Shown in pieces: positions 63,181 to 64,000 of a stretch of DNA of 64,000 nt (within the stretch, counting starts at the first letter, position 1; every line of letters begins with the position of its first letter). The stretch lies in the IMG/VR virus record IMGVR_UViG_3300029258_005088, one strand, 5' to 3'. A program made the translations under genes and the position numbers. The notes beneath the pieces are model-generated. The model did no database searches, was not told the DNA's origin, and was given only the letters and a program-made list of their open reading frames with translations. The stretch is from a virus.

Positions 63181-64000
63181 ACGAATGGCTCTATCTGCGC
63201 CTCCACCACCTGCTGAGCATTGCCCTGCAGACAGCTATGGAGGAAGTCATACAATTCCTTCTCCTTCACTGGATCAACCACCATTTCCAGGGAGTTGGCC
63301 AGCGACAGCTCCTTGAAGCTCTCCTGAGCCTCTTCCAGATCCTCCTTGGACAATATCTTGCCCTTGGCGCTTGGCTTCGTGAAGAAGTGGATCTCTGGAA
63401 AGGCGTCCTCCCAGCGATCTACGATGTCGGCGAACTCCGATACGTACTTGATCTCGACCAACGGGCCAAGCCCATCCTTGCCAAGCTTCTCGATCACGGG
63501 AAGCGCGGCTTCGATGGAGGCTACGTCCCCGTCGGACATCATGGCGAACCGCCTGATCTCTCGTCCGGGAATGTCATGTCGTACCCATTCGGTCGCTCCC
63601 TTGTGCAGGGAATAGAACCCGAACGGGCCCTCCTGGCTGATCGCCGTGGGATGGAGAGCGCCCGGAGAGACGCAGGTCGTTCCGTCGACCGTCGTTACGT
63701 CGTCGACATGGATGTCGCCCACGAGAACGTGCTTGACGTGCCTCGGAACGTCCTCTAGGGAATAGTCCGCGGCCGCTTCAAACCCCATCAGGTGCTCGGT
63801 CATGCCATGCACGACCAATACCTCGACGTTCTTGGGAATGGTCTTCAGCTCCTCCTGCAGCTCCTCTCTGGTCATCCAGTCCAGGCCGTATATCACGCGA
63901 TCGTCCAGGGTGACGGACTTCTTGTGAAGGGATACCGAACCCTGAACCTCGGCGATCGACACGTCCGGATCCTGGTCGTGGTTGCCTTGTATCGCGTACA
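63168..64000 (-). CDS. sbcD: SbcD/Mre11/gp47-like nuclease, N-terminus beyond the window
   Basis: Frame open to the window end, containing YAIQGNHD; VVHG, GDIH, PGA motifs. Confidence 0.9.
   Translation of the reverse strand, partial: YAIQGNHDQDPDVSIAEVQGSVSLHKKSVTLDDRVIYGLDWMTREELQEELKTIPKNVEVLVVHGMTEHLMGFEAAADYSLEDVPRHVKHVLVGDIHVDDVTTVDGTTCVSPGALHPTAISQEGPFGFYSLHKGATEWVRHDIPGREIRRFAMMSDGDVASIEAALPVIEKLGKDGLGPLVEIKYVSEFADIVDRWEDAFPEIHFFTKPSAKGKILSKEDLEEAQESFKELSLANSLEMVVDPVKEKELYDFLHSCLQGNAQQVVEAQIEPFVCNQ

Noticed and set aside
180-63758. Numerous long plus-strand ORFs (e.g. 31573-32583, 51631-52692, 52969-54783, 61549-62781)
   Set aside because: Antisense shadows of well-supported minus-strand genes in GC-rich DNA; no motifs or RBS. 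Only 37664-38320 is accepted.
1-64000. Stop-codon reassignment, inteins, introns, reverse transcriptase/DGR, integrase, cas genes
   Set aside because: Conserved genes translate intact in the standard code and end in TAA, TAG or TGA. No splicing motifs, large insertions or RT/integrase/Cas motifs were seen.

Overview
The window is part of a large tailed dsDNA phage or phage-like element; no structural genes are in view. Nearly all real genes are on the minus strand and tightly packed, with ATGA/GTGA start-stop overlaps; most plus-strand ORFs in the track are shadows. Bases 1-44.9 kb form an early/accessory array of about 100 mostly small genes. It includes a GHKL ATPase fused to a HExxH zincin domain, a free-standing HNH-AP2 endonuclease, two YkgJ-like Cys proteins, three PP-loop (PAPS-reductase-family) paralogs, an excisionase-type HTH, a YspA/SLOG protein, a DnaJ-type zinc-finger-only protein, a C39-like peptidase, a C5 cytosine methyltransferase, GP88-like and DUF932-like genes, and one plus-strand, apparently leaderless, host-like gene. 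Bases 44.9-64 kb form a replication/recombination module: initiator-like protein with internal repeats, RuvC-like, degenerate DnaQ-like, DUF1016-N-like, RecA/UvsX, probable SSB, family A polymerase, primase, DnaB, SF2 helicase and SbcC/SbcD. The most unusual non-coding signal is a set of sigma70-like promoters followed within about 35-100 nt by an intrinsic terminator and then an RBS. One of these (38.7-38.8 kb) has riboswitch-like alternative pairings. All family calls come from motifs recognised by eye; no searches or folding programs were run.
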